Positions 11,017 through 20,426 of a stretch of 64,000 bases of DNA are shown piece by piece. The notes beneath the pieces were generated by a model. The model was not told the DNA's origin. It searched no databases and was given only the letters and a program-made list of their open reading frames with translations. Each line of letters begins with the position of its first letter. The stretch's first letter is position 1. Where the stretch lies: NCBI GenBank assembly GCA_963768165.1, contig CAVYHJ010000002.1:195283-259282 (forward strand), given 5' to 3'. Both the position numbers and the translations under genes were made by a program. The stretch comes from an uncultured bacterium (GTDB lineage Bacteria > UBP4 > UBA4092).

Positions 11017-11237
11017 ATAAAAAACGCTCGAAAGGCACGTTCCCTTCGAGCGGTTATTGCCACCACTAAAAGCGCTATGTTAGAAACGTCCACTGTCTCT
11101 CCCACGCCTGCGGGGTTAGCTGTTGGGTTCGGGTTGAAAAGTAACCCTGCGCGTTTCCGCGATTCACCCCCTGACATCGGTTCCCCCGTCTCTTGCGAGC
11201 TCGGCGATCTTTCGTGGGATTCTTATTCCAAATTTAA
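11017..11237 (-). promoter_or_regulatory. Candidate c-di-AMP (ydaO/kimA-type) riboswitch leader, copy A, with intrinsic terminator
   Basis: Conserved core shared with three other copies (RNA sense ...GGGGGAACC...GGGGUGAAUC-CGCG-GAAA-CGCG-CAGGGUUACUUUUCAACCCGAACCC..CAGCUAACC..GCAGGCGUGGG); 3' hairpin CGCUCGAAGG/CUUUCGAGCG plus U-run at 11017-11055; extended -10 TGATATAAT at 11245-11253; start codon 10996 about 20 nt past the U-run. Confidence 0.6.
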
Positions 11238-11270
11238 CGGAATTATTATATCATACTTGGGGGGATTTGA

Positions 11271-11591
11271 ATGATGCATATAGACTTTACATATTTGTTC
11301 CGAATAGCCTGCATATCCACTGCGTTATGCTTCTTGTGTTATGAATATTATTATTTTAAGTGTTACTTTTATTTAAGAAAGCATTTTCTGGACTTTCGTT
11401 TACGATGGAATCGTCTGTATTTTGCATACTTAAATATGAAAAATTATCGGGATTATATGTTGGAAAAAGGAGTAACAGAGGAAACGACAACGTTAAAAAA
11501 GTATATTACAATACTTAGAATAAGTATTCTTTTAGGTGTGATTAGTTTGATTTTCGTGGTAGTATTTGGTCATTTAAGTCACCTAATTTAG
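11271..11591 (+). CDS. Small membrane protein, tandem paralog 1
   Basis: 106 aa, N-terminus MMHIDFTYLFRIA, TTETTTLK motif, two TM segments; paralog of the next gene. Confidence 0.4.
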   Translation: MMHIDFTYLFRIACISTALCFLCYEYYYFKCYFYLRKHFLDFRLRWNRLYFAYLNMKNYRDYMLEKGVTEETTTLKKYITILRISILLGVISLIFVVVFGHLSHLI

Positions 11592-11622
11592 CCAGACTCG
11601 TTTTGCTTTGGATGGTATTTGA

Positions 11623-11934
11623 ATGATGCATACTGTCTATACATATCTCTTCCGAATAGCCAGTGTATCCTTTGTGTGGTACTTATTACGTTATTTATAT
11701 GATGGTGTAGTGTTTACCTTTTATTTAAAGGAGCATTTTCATGACTTTGAAAAAAGATGGTTTAGTGGAAGTCGTGCTTACTTCAATACGAAAAGTTTTA
11801 GAGATTATATGTTTGAGTTTGACATTACCACAGAAACTACGACTTTAAAATGGCATCTTAAAAAAGTTAGAATAAGTTTTCTTTCATGTGTTGTTAGTTA
11901 TATTTTAGCGGTAGTATTTTATATTTTAAGATAG
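11623..11934 (+). CDS. Small membrane protein, tandem paralog 2
   Basis: 103 aa, MMHTVYTYLFRIA...TTETTTLK; same architecture as 11271..11591. Confidence 0.4.
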   Translation: MMHTVYTYLFRIASVSFVWYLLRYLYDGVVFTFYLKEHFHDFEKRWFSGSRAYFNTKSFRDYMFEFDITTETTTLKWHLKKVRISFLSCVVSYILAVVFYILR

Positions 11935-11986
11935 CTATATTAACCAGACCCGTTTTGCTTTGGTAATGAAGTCTTGTCGTATAATA

Positions 11987-12080
11987 GGGCTAAAGCCCTG
12001 AGAACCGTGCACTAAAGTGCCGTAGAAGAAACAATCCTTCTACCCTGCTTTAGCAGAGGGTTACTGGACTTTAGTCCAAA
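11987..12080. repeat. Interspersed double-hairpin palindromic repeat (family R1), copy 1
   Basis: Halves GGGCTAAAGCCC..GCACTAAAGTGCCGTAGAAGAA and CTTCTACCC..GCTTTAGC..GGACTTTAGTCC; same family at 14083-14186 and 25597-25686. Confidence 0.6.
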
Positions 12081-12183
12081 CCAACCCCATCCCCTCTTTT
12101 CCCCCTCCCGCCAGCGCCGGATAAACAGGTAATTTAAATAGGTGTATAATAACCCTCACTGAAATATTGAGGTATAGATAGAG

Positions 12184-12663
12184 ATGAAAAAAACAGTTTC
12201 AATAATTTTGAATATACTTTCTTTGCTATCAATGTTTTTCAGTATTTTATGGACTTTTGTAATGTCATTGTTGTTATTCCGATGTTTACTTTATCCTGTA
12301 AAGTTTTCTGTGCAAAAAGATTCCCTAACTAATGGAATTTTTTATCGTTTTGTAGCTGCATATCCTATCTCTTTTTGCTTGATTGGAATTATTGCATTTC
12401 TCGGCCAGTTAGTCGTGTCTTTTGGGGTTTTAAAAAGGTTTAAATGGGGACTGTATGGGGTAAGAATTATTCTATTTCTTTTTCTCATAGCTGATATAAT
12501 CTATGATTATAGCAATCTAACCTATATTGATATTAACATTGGATTGATTGTATTCTTGTTAATTTTCTTTTATCTCCCCATCGTCAAAAGCCTGTTTGAA
12601 AAGCAACCCCCGATTCCCAGCGAACCCACCCCCTCTTTCCCCCCTCCCGCCAGTGCCGGATAA
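12184..12663 (+). CDS. Polytopic membrane protein with Pro-rich C-terminal tail, tandem paralog 1
   Basis: 159 aa; C-terminus FLPIVKSLFEKQPPIPSEPTPSFPPPASAG nearly identical to next gene; 5' region (CCCTCCCGCCAG..TAATAACCCTCACTGAA..ATAGATAGAGATG) also duplicated. Confidence 0.45.
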   Translation: MKKTVSIILNILSLLSMFFSILWTFVMSLLLFRCLLYPVKFSVQKDSLTNGIFYRFVAAYPISFCLIGIIAFLGQLVVSFGVLKRFKWGLYGVRIILFLFLIADIIYDYSNLTYIDINIGLIVFLLIFFYLPIVKSLFEKQPPIPSEPTPSFPPPASAG

Positions 12664-12722
12664 ACAGGTTGTTTAAATAGATGTATAATAACCCTCACTG
12701 AACTATAGAGGAATAGATAGAG

Positions 12723-13268
12723 ATGAAAAAAGCTATAACCATAATAATGTACCTTCTCGCTGTCCTTTGTATCTTGTTCAGTGTGATAGGTCTTTATCAA
12801 GGAATATCCTTTTTATCTGTATTATTCTTTCTCCCAGATTCAGTTTGGTATGAAATAAAAAGCGTGGGGATTCACTCGTCCTCATCAGTCATACACACGC
12901 AGAGTGTCTTACAATGTTTTCTAGATATTATTTTTGGTATCATTCAGTTTTTTGGATTTATAGGGGTATTACAGAAAAAGAAATGGGGATTGTATTGTGT
13001 TCAGGTAGTCTTGATTACTAGTTTTATTGACTTGATTCTGACAATGATAGATTATTACTCGGTAATTCAACCGATGATGAAACAACAAGGGGGCAATGTT
13101 CATTTGTTGATAGGCGGAAATCAATGGAAATTTATAAGGGGATTTGTCTTGGAAATCATCCTCTTGGTTTTCTTTTTCCTCCCCATCGTCAAAAGCCTGT
13201 TTGAAAAGCAACCCCCGATTTCCAGCGAACCCGTCCCCTCTTTCCCCCCTCCCGCCAGCGTCGGATAA
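12723..13268 (+). CDS. Polytopic membrane protein with Pro-rich C-terminal tail, tandem paralog 2
   Basis: 181 aa; same conserved C-terminal tail and duplicated 5' region. Confidence 0.45.
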   Translation: MKKAITIIMYLLAVLCILFSVIGLYQGISFLSVLFFLPDSVWYEIKSVGIHSSSSVIHTQSVLQCFLDIIFGIIQFFGFIGVLQKKKWGLYCVQVVLITSFIDLILTMIDYYSVIQPMMKQQGGNVHLLIGGNQWKFIRGFVLEIILLVFFFLPIVKSLFEKQPPISSEPVPSFPPPASVG

Positions 13269-13303
13269 GCGAACTAATAGCGAATATGCACCGAACCAGA
13301 AGC

Positions 13304-13346
13304 GGAGCTGGTGTGGAGGTGAAAATTTCACCTCCACACCAGCTCC
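13304..13346. other. Perfect 19-bp-stem palindrome
   Basis: GGAGCTGGTGTGGAGGTGAAAATTTCACCTCCACACCAGCTCC between convergent genes. Confidence 0.6.
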
Positions 13347-13414
13347 ACTCCATATTCGGTTCAAAAAGAGTTTTGAAACATAGACCCGACCACCTTCTGC
13401 GTCCATATCCTCCC

Positions 13415-13442
13415 GTAGAGACGTAACATGTTACGTCTCTAC
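13415..13442. other. Perfect 28-nt palindrome
   Basis: GTAGAGACGTAACATGTTACGTCTCTAC; no adjacent T-run. Confidence 0.6.
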
Positions 13443-13460
13443 AGAGGAATAGGGGTGGTC

Positions 13461-13937
13461 TTAATGGGTTAGCAGATAATTGGAAACAAACAAGTTATGC
13501 CCGGAATCTTGCAATCCTTTGGCTTTTTCATCCCAAATTGCCTTTTGTGCGGGAGACAGAGACTGCCAAGCTGATTGGGCAGGGCTCATTTTCCCTCTTT
13601 GTGCCTGTTGGAGAGGGGTGCGGGGGTTCGCCCCTTCTTCGTAATCCCGGGCATACTGTGTCCCGGTTTTCCCGACGACTTGATAGGTTAATCCCTTGAA
13701 TTTCCCATGCGCCTGCAAAGAATCCAACGGGAATTGTTCGACAATGAGAACCACATCCCCGCCCAGAACCGATTGGGGAATGGAACCCAATATCCTTTTA
13801 ACTTTGGCAGGTTTCACCGTAATCCCTTCCGGTTGAAACGCAGATTGCAACGCTTTCAGTAATATTTTTTCGACCTCTTTCCCACGAAACACCTGAATCA
13901 CCTTGTTTTTAGGTTTGCGATATATATTCGTTGGCAT
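13461..13937 (-). CDS. Hypothetical protein
   Basis: 158-aa ORF with GGAGG-like RBS; no recognisable motif. Confidence 0.35.
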   Translation of the reverse strand: MPTNIYRKPKNKVIQVFRGKEVEKILLKALQSAFQPEGITVKPAKVKRILGSIPQSVLGGDVVLIVEQFPLDSLQAHGKFKGLTYQVVGKTGTQYARDYEEGANPRTPLQQAQRGKMSPAQSAWQSLSPAQKAIWDEKAKGLQDSGHNLFVSNYLLTH

Positions 13938-14030
13938 ACATGAATCCTCCTATTCTTAGTATAATACAATCCCACTTTTCCCACACATTATTTTACCTCT
14001 AAATTGATAGGTAGTAAAGAGAGGGAAGGT

Positions 14031-14050
14031 GTCGAGTCGGGAGACTCGAC
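14031..14050. repeat. Short hairpin repeat (family R2) GTCGAGTC-GGGA-GACTCGAC
   Basis: Identical hairpin also at 21546-21565 and 22151-22170. Confidence 0.55.
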
Positions 14051-14082
14051 CTATCGGATGTAGAATTCATTATGAAGTAAAT

Positions 14083-14186
14083 CTTCTACCCGGCTTTAGC
14101 CGAGGGTTTCTGGACTTTAGTCCAAACATTTCAGAAGAGAATGGGCTAAAGCCCAAAGAACCGTACACTAAAGTGTCGTAGAAGAA
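14083..14186. repeat. Interspersed double-hairpin palindromic repeat (family R1), copy 2
   Basis: CTTCTACCCGGCTTTAGCCGAGGG..GGACTTTAGTCC...GGGCTAAAGCCC..ACACTAAAGTGTCGTAGAAGAA. Confidence 0.6.
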
Positions 14187-14195
14187 TAGATTTAT

Positions 14196-14894
14196 TTATT
14201 CTTTGGCTCCGGCATCTTTCAGGAGTTTTACGATGTCGTCATATTTCTTATATGTCGCTATTGATAAGGCAGTTTTACCATCATTGGTTTTCGTATTGAT
14301 ATTGGCTCCTTTATCTAGCAAGGCTTTCATGGTATCCATACGACCACCACGAACCGCCCACATCAAAGCAGTATAACCAATAACATCTTTCGCATTGACC
14401 TCCGCGCCTTTCGCTAATAAGGCTTGTACGGTCTCGTTATGTCCTACAACTGCCGCATTCATCAAGGCGGTCATACCGTACTTGTTTTTCGCATTGACCT
14501 CCGCACCTTTCGCTAATAAAGCGTTCACGATATTCGTTTGGCCCCACCATGCCGCTGACATCAAGGCGGTGTTACCAAACTTATTTTTTACATTAACATC
14601 GGCTCCTTTCGCCAATAAAGCTTGCACGGTATCTGTATGACCATTTTCTTCTGCTAACATCAAAGCGGACACACCTGTACTATCTTTCACATTCGGGTTC
14701 ATCCCCGCATCCAAATATAATTTTATAACATCGGTTTTGCTATGTCCTGCACATTTAAAAAACTCATCTTCGCTATAGGTAATCTTCATTTGCGCCAGTT
14801 CATTACGCGCTTCTTGCGGGGTTTTGGCGAAGGAAGGGAATACCAGGAACAAAAATAGTACAAGAGAGAGACACGGTAATGGTTTCAATTTCAT
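14196..14894 (-). CDS. Secreted ankyrin-repeat protein
   Basis: Signal peptide then repeated TALM.AA..GH...V..LL.KGA.VNAK units; AAGGAG RBS. Confidence 0.8.
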   Translation of the reverse strand: MKLKPLPCLSLVLFLFLVFPSFAKTPQEARNELAQMKITYSEDEFFKCAGHSKTDVIKLYLDAGMNPNVKDSTGVSALMLAEENGHTDTVQALLAKGADVNVKNKFGNTALMSAAWWGQTNIVNALLAKGAEVNAKNKYGMTALMNAAVVGHNETVQALLAKGAEVNAKDVIGYTALMWAVRGGRMDTMKALLDKGANINTKTNDGKTALSIATYKKYDDIVKLLKDAGAKE

Positions 14895-14976
14895 TATAAT
14901 TGGTACTCCTTTTTCCTCTAGAATGTATGGCGTCGGGAAAAAGAAGAGCGTTTATTCCCGACGCAGTTTTATTCTG

Positions 14977-15783
14977 TTATTCTTTCGCCCCGGCACTCTT
15001 GAGGAGTTTTACGACGTCGGGATGGTTCTCTTTTGCCGCGTCCATCAAAGCAGTATGACCTTCATTATCTTTCGCATTGACTTGAGCACCTTTTTTTAAT
15101 AAGACTTTAACGGTCTCTGCATGACCTGTGACTGCCGCAAACATCAAGGCAGTCCTGCCATTATTGATTTTCGCATTGACTTCAGCACCTTCTTTTAATA
15201 AGACTTGCACAGTCTCCGTATGACCATTCACTGCCGCTAATATCAATGCGGTCACACCACCCTTGTTTTTTGCATTGACATCCGCCCCTTTTGCTAATAA
15301 GGTTTGAACGATCTTCGTATAACCAAACTCTGCCGCAAGCATCAAGGCGTTTTTACCTTGTTTAGTTATCGCATCAACTTTTGCCCCTTTTGCTAAAAGG
15401 GCTTGCAACGTATCTGTACGACCACTAAGTGCCGCCCATGTCAATGGGGTCCAGTCATCGTTTGATTTCGCATTAATATCAGCACCTTTCGCCAATAAGG
15501 CTTGTAGAGTCTCAATATTATTATGAAATGCCGCAGCCATCAAGGGGGTTCGACCATTATCGTCTTTCAAATTCGGATTCATCCCAGCATCTAAAAACAA
15601 TCTCACAGCGTCAGTTTTGCCGTGTTGTGCACAAAAGAGAAATTCATCTTCGCTATAGGTTATTTTCATTTGCGCCAGTTCATTGCGCGCTTCTTGCGGG
15701 GTTTTGGCGAAGGAGGGGAATACCAGAAACGAAAATAGTAAAAGAGAGAGGCTTAATAATGGATTGAATTTCATCATACTTGG
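14977..15783 (-). CDS. Secreted ankyrin-repeat protein (paralog)
   Basis: Start placed at internal MMKFNPLLSL (AAGGAG RBS) rather than the ORF-track start; same N-terminal FLVFPSFAKTPQEARNELAQMKITYSEDEF as neighbour; at least six ankyrin units. Confidence 0.8.
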   Translation of the reverse strand, partial: PSMMKFNPLLSLSLLLFSFLVFPSFAKTPQEARNELAQMKITYSEDEFLFCAQHGKTDAVRLFLDAGMNPNLKDDNGRTPLMAAAFHNNIETLQALLAKGADINAKSNDDWTPLTWAALSGRTDTLQALLAKGAKVDAITKQGKNALMLAAEFGYTKIVQTLLAKGADVNAKNKGGVTALILAAVNGHTETVQVLLKEGAEVNAKINNGRTALMFAAVTGHAETVKVLLKKGAQVNAKDNEGHTALMDAAKENHPDVVKLLKSAGAKE

Positions 15784-16064
15784 TACTCCTTTTTCCCAAA
15801 GAATGAGAGAGTTTTTTATTACCGATAGCATACTCCCTTCTAGAACCCAGAGTCAAGTTAAAGAGTGGAAGGAACGGGAGAAACGGAGAATGGGCGAGAG
15901 AGCGAAATAGAATCAGGAATGAAGGAAAAGGTCAAATATGTTACCTGCTCCAGCAAAGAGATACCCATTATTTTGCCTATAAATAGACAGGTAGAAAAGA
16001 GTTGAAAAGATAACAGATTGTGCTATAATTTTTCTTAGTCAAAAACGGTCGGGAGGACACTTCG

Positions 16065-17670
16065 ATGAAAACACGTAAACGCATTATTGTTATTTCACAT
16101 TTTCTGTTAGGACTCGCTACGATGATTCTGATTTTACCCGGGAGCGGGTTCGGGAACCAATTGGTGTATTCCACGTATCTGGGCGGGACGAGCGATCATG
16201 CGGAATCATTAGGGATTGCGATTGATACGGCTGGGAATATCTATATTACCGGATTTACCAAAGCACCGAATTTTCCCGTCACAGCATCCGGCTACGATAC
16301 AGTGTATGAAGGCGCGGGAGAGCATGTGTTTGTAAGCAAAATCAATCCGAGTTTATCGGGTGTCTCGTCTTTAGTCTATTCCACTTTTCTTGGCGGAGAG
16401 GGATATGAACTTGCCCGGGGCATTGCGGTGGATAGCGCGGGGAATATCTATGTAACCGGCTTTACCAACTCCTCTACCTTTCCAGTAACCGCGAATGCCT
16501 ACGATACAGGATTACATGGCGCGGAGTACGCGGCTTATCTCAGCGAAATCAATCCGAGTTTATCGGGTGCTTCTTCGTTGGTGTATTCCACGTATCTGGG
16601 TTCGGGTTACGCGGGAGGCTATGGCATTGCCCTTGGTAAATCCGGCAATGCCTATATTACCGGCTCTCAAAGCTATTACACGTTCCCGGTAACTGCCAAT
16701 GCCGTGGATACTGTGGGTACCGGCAATGATGTCGCTTTTATCTCTGAATTTAATACCAGTTTATCGGGTGTCTCCTCCCTGGTCTATTCGACTTTGCTGG
16801 GACCCAAGGACACTTTCGCCGCATATGCCAATGCCATCGCCGTAGATACTTCAGGGAAAATTTACGTAACCGGATTGACGGACTCGTCCACCTTACTTAC
16901 CACAACCAATGCGTTTAATACGACTTTTCATGGGTTACAGGACACGTTTGTGAGTGTGATAAATCCTAATGTGGCGGGATTGGCGGGGTTGGTGTATTCG
17001 ACCCTGCTGGGAGGAAGCCCCGCTAATTACGAGGATTCCGGCAATGGAATTACGGTAGACAAAGCGGGTATTGCCTATGTCACCGGTGTAACAGAAGACA
17101 CAATCTTCCCGGTGACCGCCATTGCCTATGACACCGTATTCAAAGGAAACGGAAATGTATTCCTGTGCAAAATCAATCCGTCCTTATCGGGGGTCTCGTC
17201 TCTGGTCTATTCGACATTATTAGGCGGCAGTGGGGGCGAGGGAGGGGAAGCCATTGCCATTGATACTGCCGAGAAAGTCTATGTGACAGGGTACACATTT
17301 CCCGGTCACGGCAGACGGGTATGATACGACATTCAACGGAACTCAGGATGTTTTTGTGACTGTATTGAATCCCAACTCATTGGGAACCTCCGCTTTGATT
17401 TATTCGACCTTTCTGGGAGGCAATAGCTATAGCGATGGACAGGGAATTGCTCAAGACAATAATAACAAAGTGTATGTCACAGGATATACCTATGCATCGA
17501 ATTTCCCCATCACCTCCAATGCTGTCAGCACTTCTTTACGAGGGACTGCAGGCAGTAACTATGATGCCTTTGCCACGGTGCTGAATATCACTCCTCCGGT
17601 AGCGGTCAATGATTGGATGCTGTATGCAGAGCCGGAAGTGGCGCAAGGGAGTGAGTCGGGAAAGAGGTAA
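16065..17670 (+). pseudogene. SBBP (beta-propeller) repeat protein disrupted by frameshift/deletion
   Basis: Repeating LVYSTYLGG...IYVTGFT...FPVTA.AYDT units; frame 0 stops at 17324 (VTGYTFPGHGRRV*) while the repeat continues in frame +1 from 17299 (FPVTADGYDTTFNG...). Confidence 0.55.
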
Positions 17671-17700
17671 AAAGCGGTTTGTTATCGAGGGAATAGTATC

Positions 17701-18039
17701 TTACTTTTTATCTGCTTCAATTAATGAATTTGTGTTTATCGACTCGAAAGCAAAAATGATTTTAAAAAGTATTATATAAAGAATAAGCATGAGAAAAATA
17801 ATCGGTAGCCTCTGATCAAAATAGGTTAGGTGATACGCACCGCATAAAGACATAGTGATAATATAAAGAGTAAACGATATTAATCCATTTATCAAACCGT
17901 ACATGAACCTTTTTTTTGCCATAAATCCTTTATGACATTTAGGGCATTTCAAGGTATAGTTGTACAAAGAGAAAAGCACATTCCCAAAAGTTATTACGTG
18001 TCCACATGCTGGACAGGGTCTGGAAAATTTCATGAACAA
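17701..18039 (-). CDS. Zinc-ribbon (CPxCG...CPKCHK) membrane protein
   Basis: N-terminal MKFSRPCPACGH..CPKCHK then two TM segments; paralog at 21703..22083. Confidence 0.45.
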   Translation of the reverse strand: MFMKFSRPCPACGHVITFGNVLFSLYNYTLKCPKCHKGFMAKKRFMYGLINGLISFTLYIITMSLCGAYHLTYFDQRLPIIFLMLILYIILFKIIFAFESINTNSLIEADKK

Positions 18040-18562
18040 TCAATCTTTCTCACTGAATTGTCTTTATTATAACATATAGGTAGGTTATTTTGATTTAAAC
18101 GAATAGTTCCGAATAGCCAGAGAACTTACACTGATAAAAGATTCCAGCAGGTTTTTTTAACTATATCGGAAATGAGTATATTTCTCTTTCCCGATAAAGA
18201 GAAATTGCCATACATTGCGGTTAATAACAGTCAGTTTTCCCTTAATTAAAAACGGTTTTTAAGAATCAGAATTTATTTTTCTGTGACAAATCATTTAACA
18301 AAATACTGAAACGAGTCATGGTTGACAAAGAAAAATACTTACTATATATTGTAGTCCTGGCTAGGATTAATTAGTAACTGTTGAAAATCCTGTTTCTATA
18401 GATGAACCAATTAAAACTTGTGTATGCTCATGCAATACTTTTTCTCCAAAAGAAAAAAGTAAACCATTTATTTCATTGGAGATAAGTATTTGCCATTTGG
18501 TAAATATTATTCTATTATCATTAGTATATACCTAGGATTTATATGGTTTGTCTATAGCTTAA

Positions 18563-20090
18563 ATGCCAACATTTCTAGCAAGGAATATTCCGGTAAGTAC
18601 AAAATATAAAAATCACTTAGAAAAGGACCATAATATATTTATTCCGTTGTTGTTCTTTGTGATTTATTGTTTCAGTTTTATATTTCACGATCCAATCACA
18701 CACATTTATTATGGGTATTGGCAATTATTACCTTTGGATGCTTTACTTCAACATCCCATTAGTAGTTTACTCCTGATTCACTCACAACCTCCCCTGCTTA
18801 ATCTACTGTTTTATATCGTACATATTCCATCCATGATATGGGAAATCAATCCTCAATTCACCGCAACGCTTTTATTTTTCTTTATCTCCCTATTCTCGAT
18901 ATATGTCTATTACAACCTGGTTTTTCTTATCACAAAAAATAAAGTATGTGGCATGGCCGTTCTTTCCCTCATTCTACTCAATCCCGGTTTCTCCTTTTTT
19001 CAGGGGTATTTCTTTTATCAGAATATGGACTTTTTAGTCAGTGGTATCCTGGTCTATCAAGCCTGTCTGTGGGCACTAAAACCGGATTTATACCGATTTG
19101 GAGGCGTGGTCATAGTGTATACTACAATGGTTTATTTACGGAGTTTATGGCATCCTCTTTTCGGATTTTTTATCGTTCTCTTTTTACCCCTAATGATTTA
19201 TCCAAAAATGAATAAAAAAATAATCCAAAAGCATTGGATCTATGGCAGTCTCCTTTTTATTTTATTAATCAGTCCTTGGATGTTAAAAAACCTTATTTTG
19301 TTTAACACCCCTTCTTTTTCTTCCTGGCTGGGTGGAAACCTTGGTGGTCAACGATTTTCGAAATTCATTCTTTCCAATAATCCAGCCGATGCTTTTGATA
19401 ACTCTTTGGTTAAACAATATTATTCCGACTGGCAATTAAAGATTTTAATGAATTATCCTGCTACTGCAGACATCGAAAAAAATTTAATTTCTGCCCCCCC
19501 CCTACATGAAGAGAAATTTAAATCACTACGCCCTTCCTGCAATCTGTAATGAGGATATGAAAGAGCGAATATCCTATTATAGAGAACACCCCTACCAATA
19601 TATACAGAGAATCTATTCAAATTTTGTCTACATGGATCTTCCCCCATATATTAATTCGTATACACAGGATTCAACAACAGGTTGGTATGGCGGTTTGCAA
19701 CGGATGGGAACTTATGGATATTGGTATGATGTCATATTTTATGGAAGTTGGTTTAGAAATTTTATAGTCATACATACCCTGGATTTTGTATACAGACCCA
19801 GCCTGTTTATCTTCATACTGATCCTGCTGTTATTACTCAGCATTCGGTTGGCAATCAATCAAAAGACAGAACCTATCCAGAGAATATTTTATTTCTTGTC
19901 ATCGTTAATGTTTCTCTGGTTTCTTGCCATGATTTTACTGATCGATGGAAAGGAAAGTAACCGAATGAGATGGGATATGGAAGGGATCTATCTATCAATC
20001 CTGGTTGAACGATGTTACGCCCTCTATCAATCTTTGAGGATACATAAACCGAATAATAAAAAACGGGTCCAAGTCAAACGCAGTAAATAA
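18563..20090 (+). pseudogene. Polytopic membrane protein split by frameshift at a 9-C homopolymer
   Basis: ORFs 18563..19549 and 19506..20090 overlap in different frames at the C9 tract 19494-19502; removing one C fuses them (...ISAPPYMKRNLNHY...). Confidence 0.5.
19494..19502. repeat. Poly-C homopolymer tract (9 nt)
   Basis: CCCCCCCCC at the junction of the two overlapping ORFs. Confidence 0.9.
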
Positions 20091-20205
20091 CAACATTTAT
20101 TTATTCAACTAACCTATACATGAATGTTAATCAAGTTAATGGTAGACATGAGGTTGTGATTCGCTGGTGAGATGTATCGGGAATGACACACACAAGAATA
20201 AAAGG

Positions 20206-20262
20206 TTACTTGGCTTTGGCGGAGTGGTTGTAGATAGCCAGGGAGATGACGCTGAGAAAGGG
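20206..20262 (-). pseudogene. 3'-terminal remnant of a kdpD-like gene
   Basis: Minus strand encodes DPFLSVISLAIYNHSAKAK*, matching the C-terminus of the KdpD-like gene at 23023 (FLSVISLAIYNYSAKTK*); no open upstream frame. Confidence 0.4.
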
Positions 20263-20307
20263 GTCGGAAAATACGCCAAGAGCGCTCCTTCTCGACGCAT
20301 AATTCAA

Positions 20308-20418
20308 GTAGTAACGAGAGATTCTTCACTTCGTAAAAAACACTACGCTCAGAATGGCAGATAGGGGGACGATGGGAAGAAGGCGTCGGGAAAGAGATAA
20401 AAGGCGGGTTGTTATCGA
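20308..20418. repeat. Composite repeat (R3+R4), copy 1
   Basis: GAGATTCTTCACTTCGTAAAAAACACTACGCTCAGAATGGCA ... GTCGGGAAAGAGATAAAAGGCGGGTTGTTATCGA; related copies at 21586-21695, 22951-23002, 17661-17695 and inverted at 7294-7333. Confidence 0.55.
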
Positions 20419-20426
20419 GTCACAGT

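Noticed and set aside
11077-11274. 65-aa plus-strand ORF
   Set aside because: It is the antisense reading of the conserved leader RNA (copy A); its amino-acid sequence recurs wherever the RNA element recurs, so it is not an independent gene.
12969-13406. 145-aa minus-strand ORF
   Set aside because: Overlaps the 3' end of a supported plus-strand gene and the two long palindromes; no RBS; likely non-coding.
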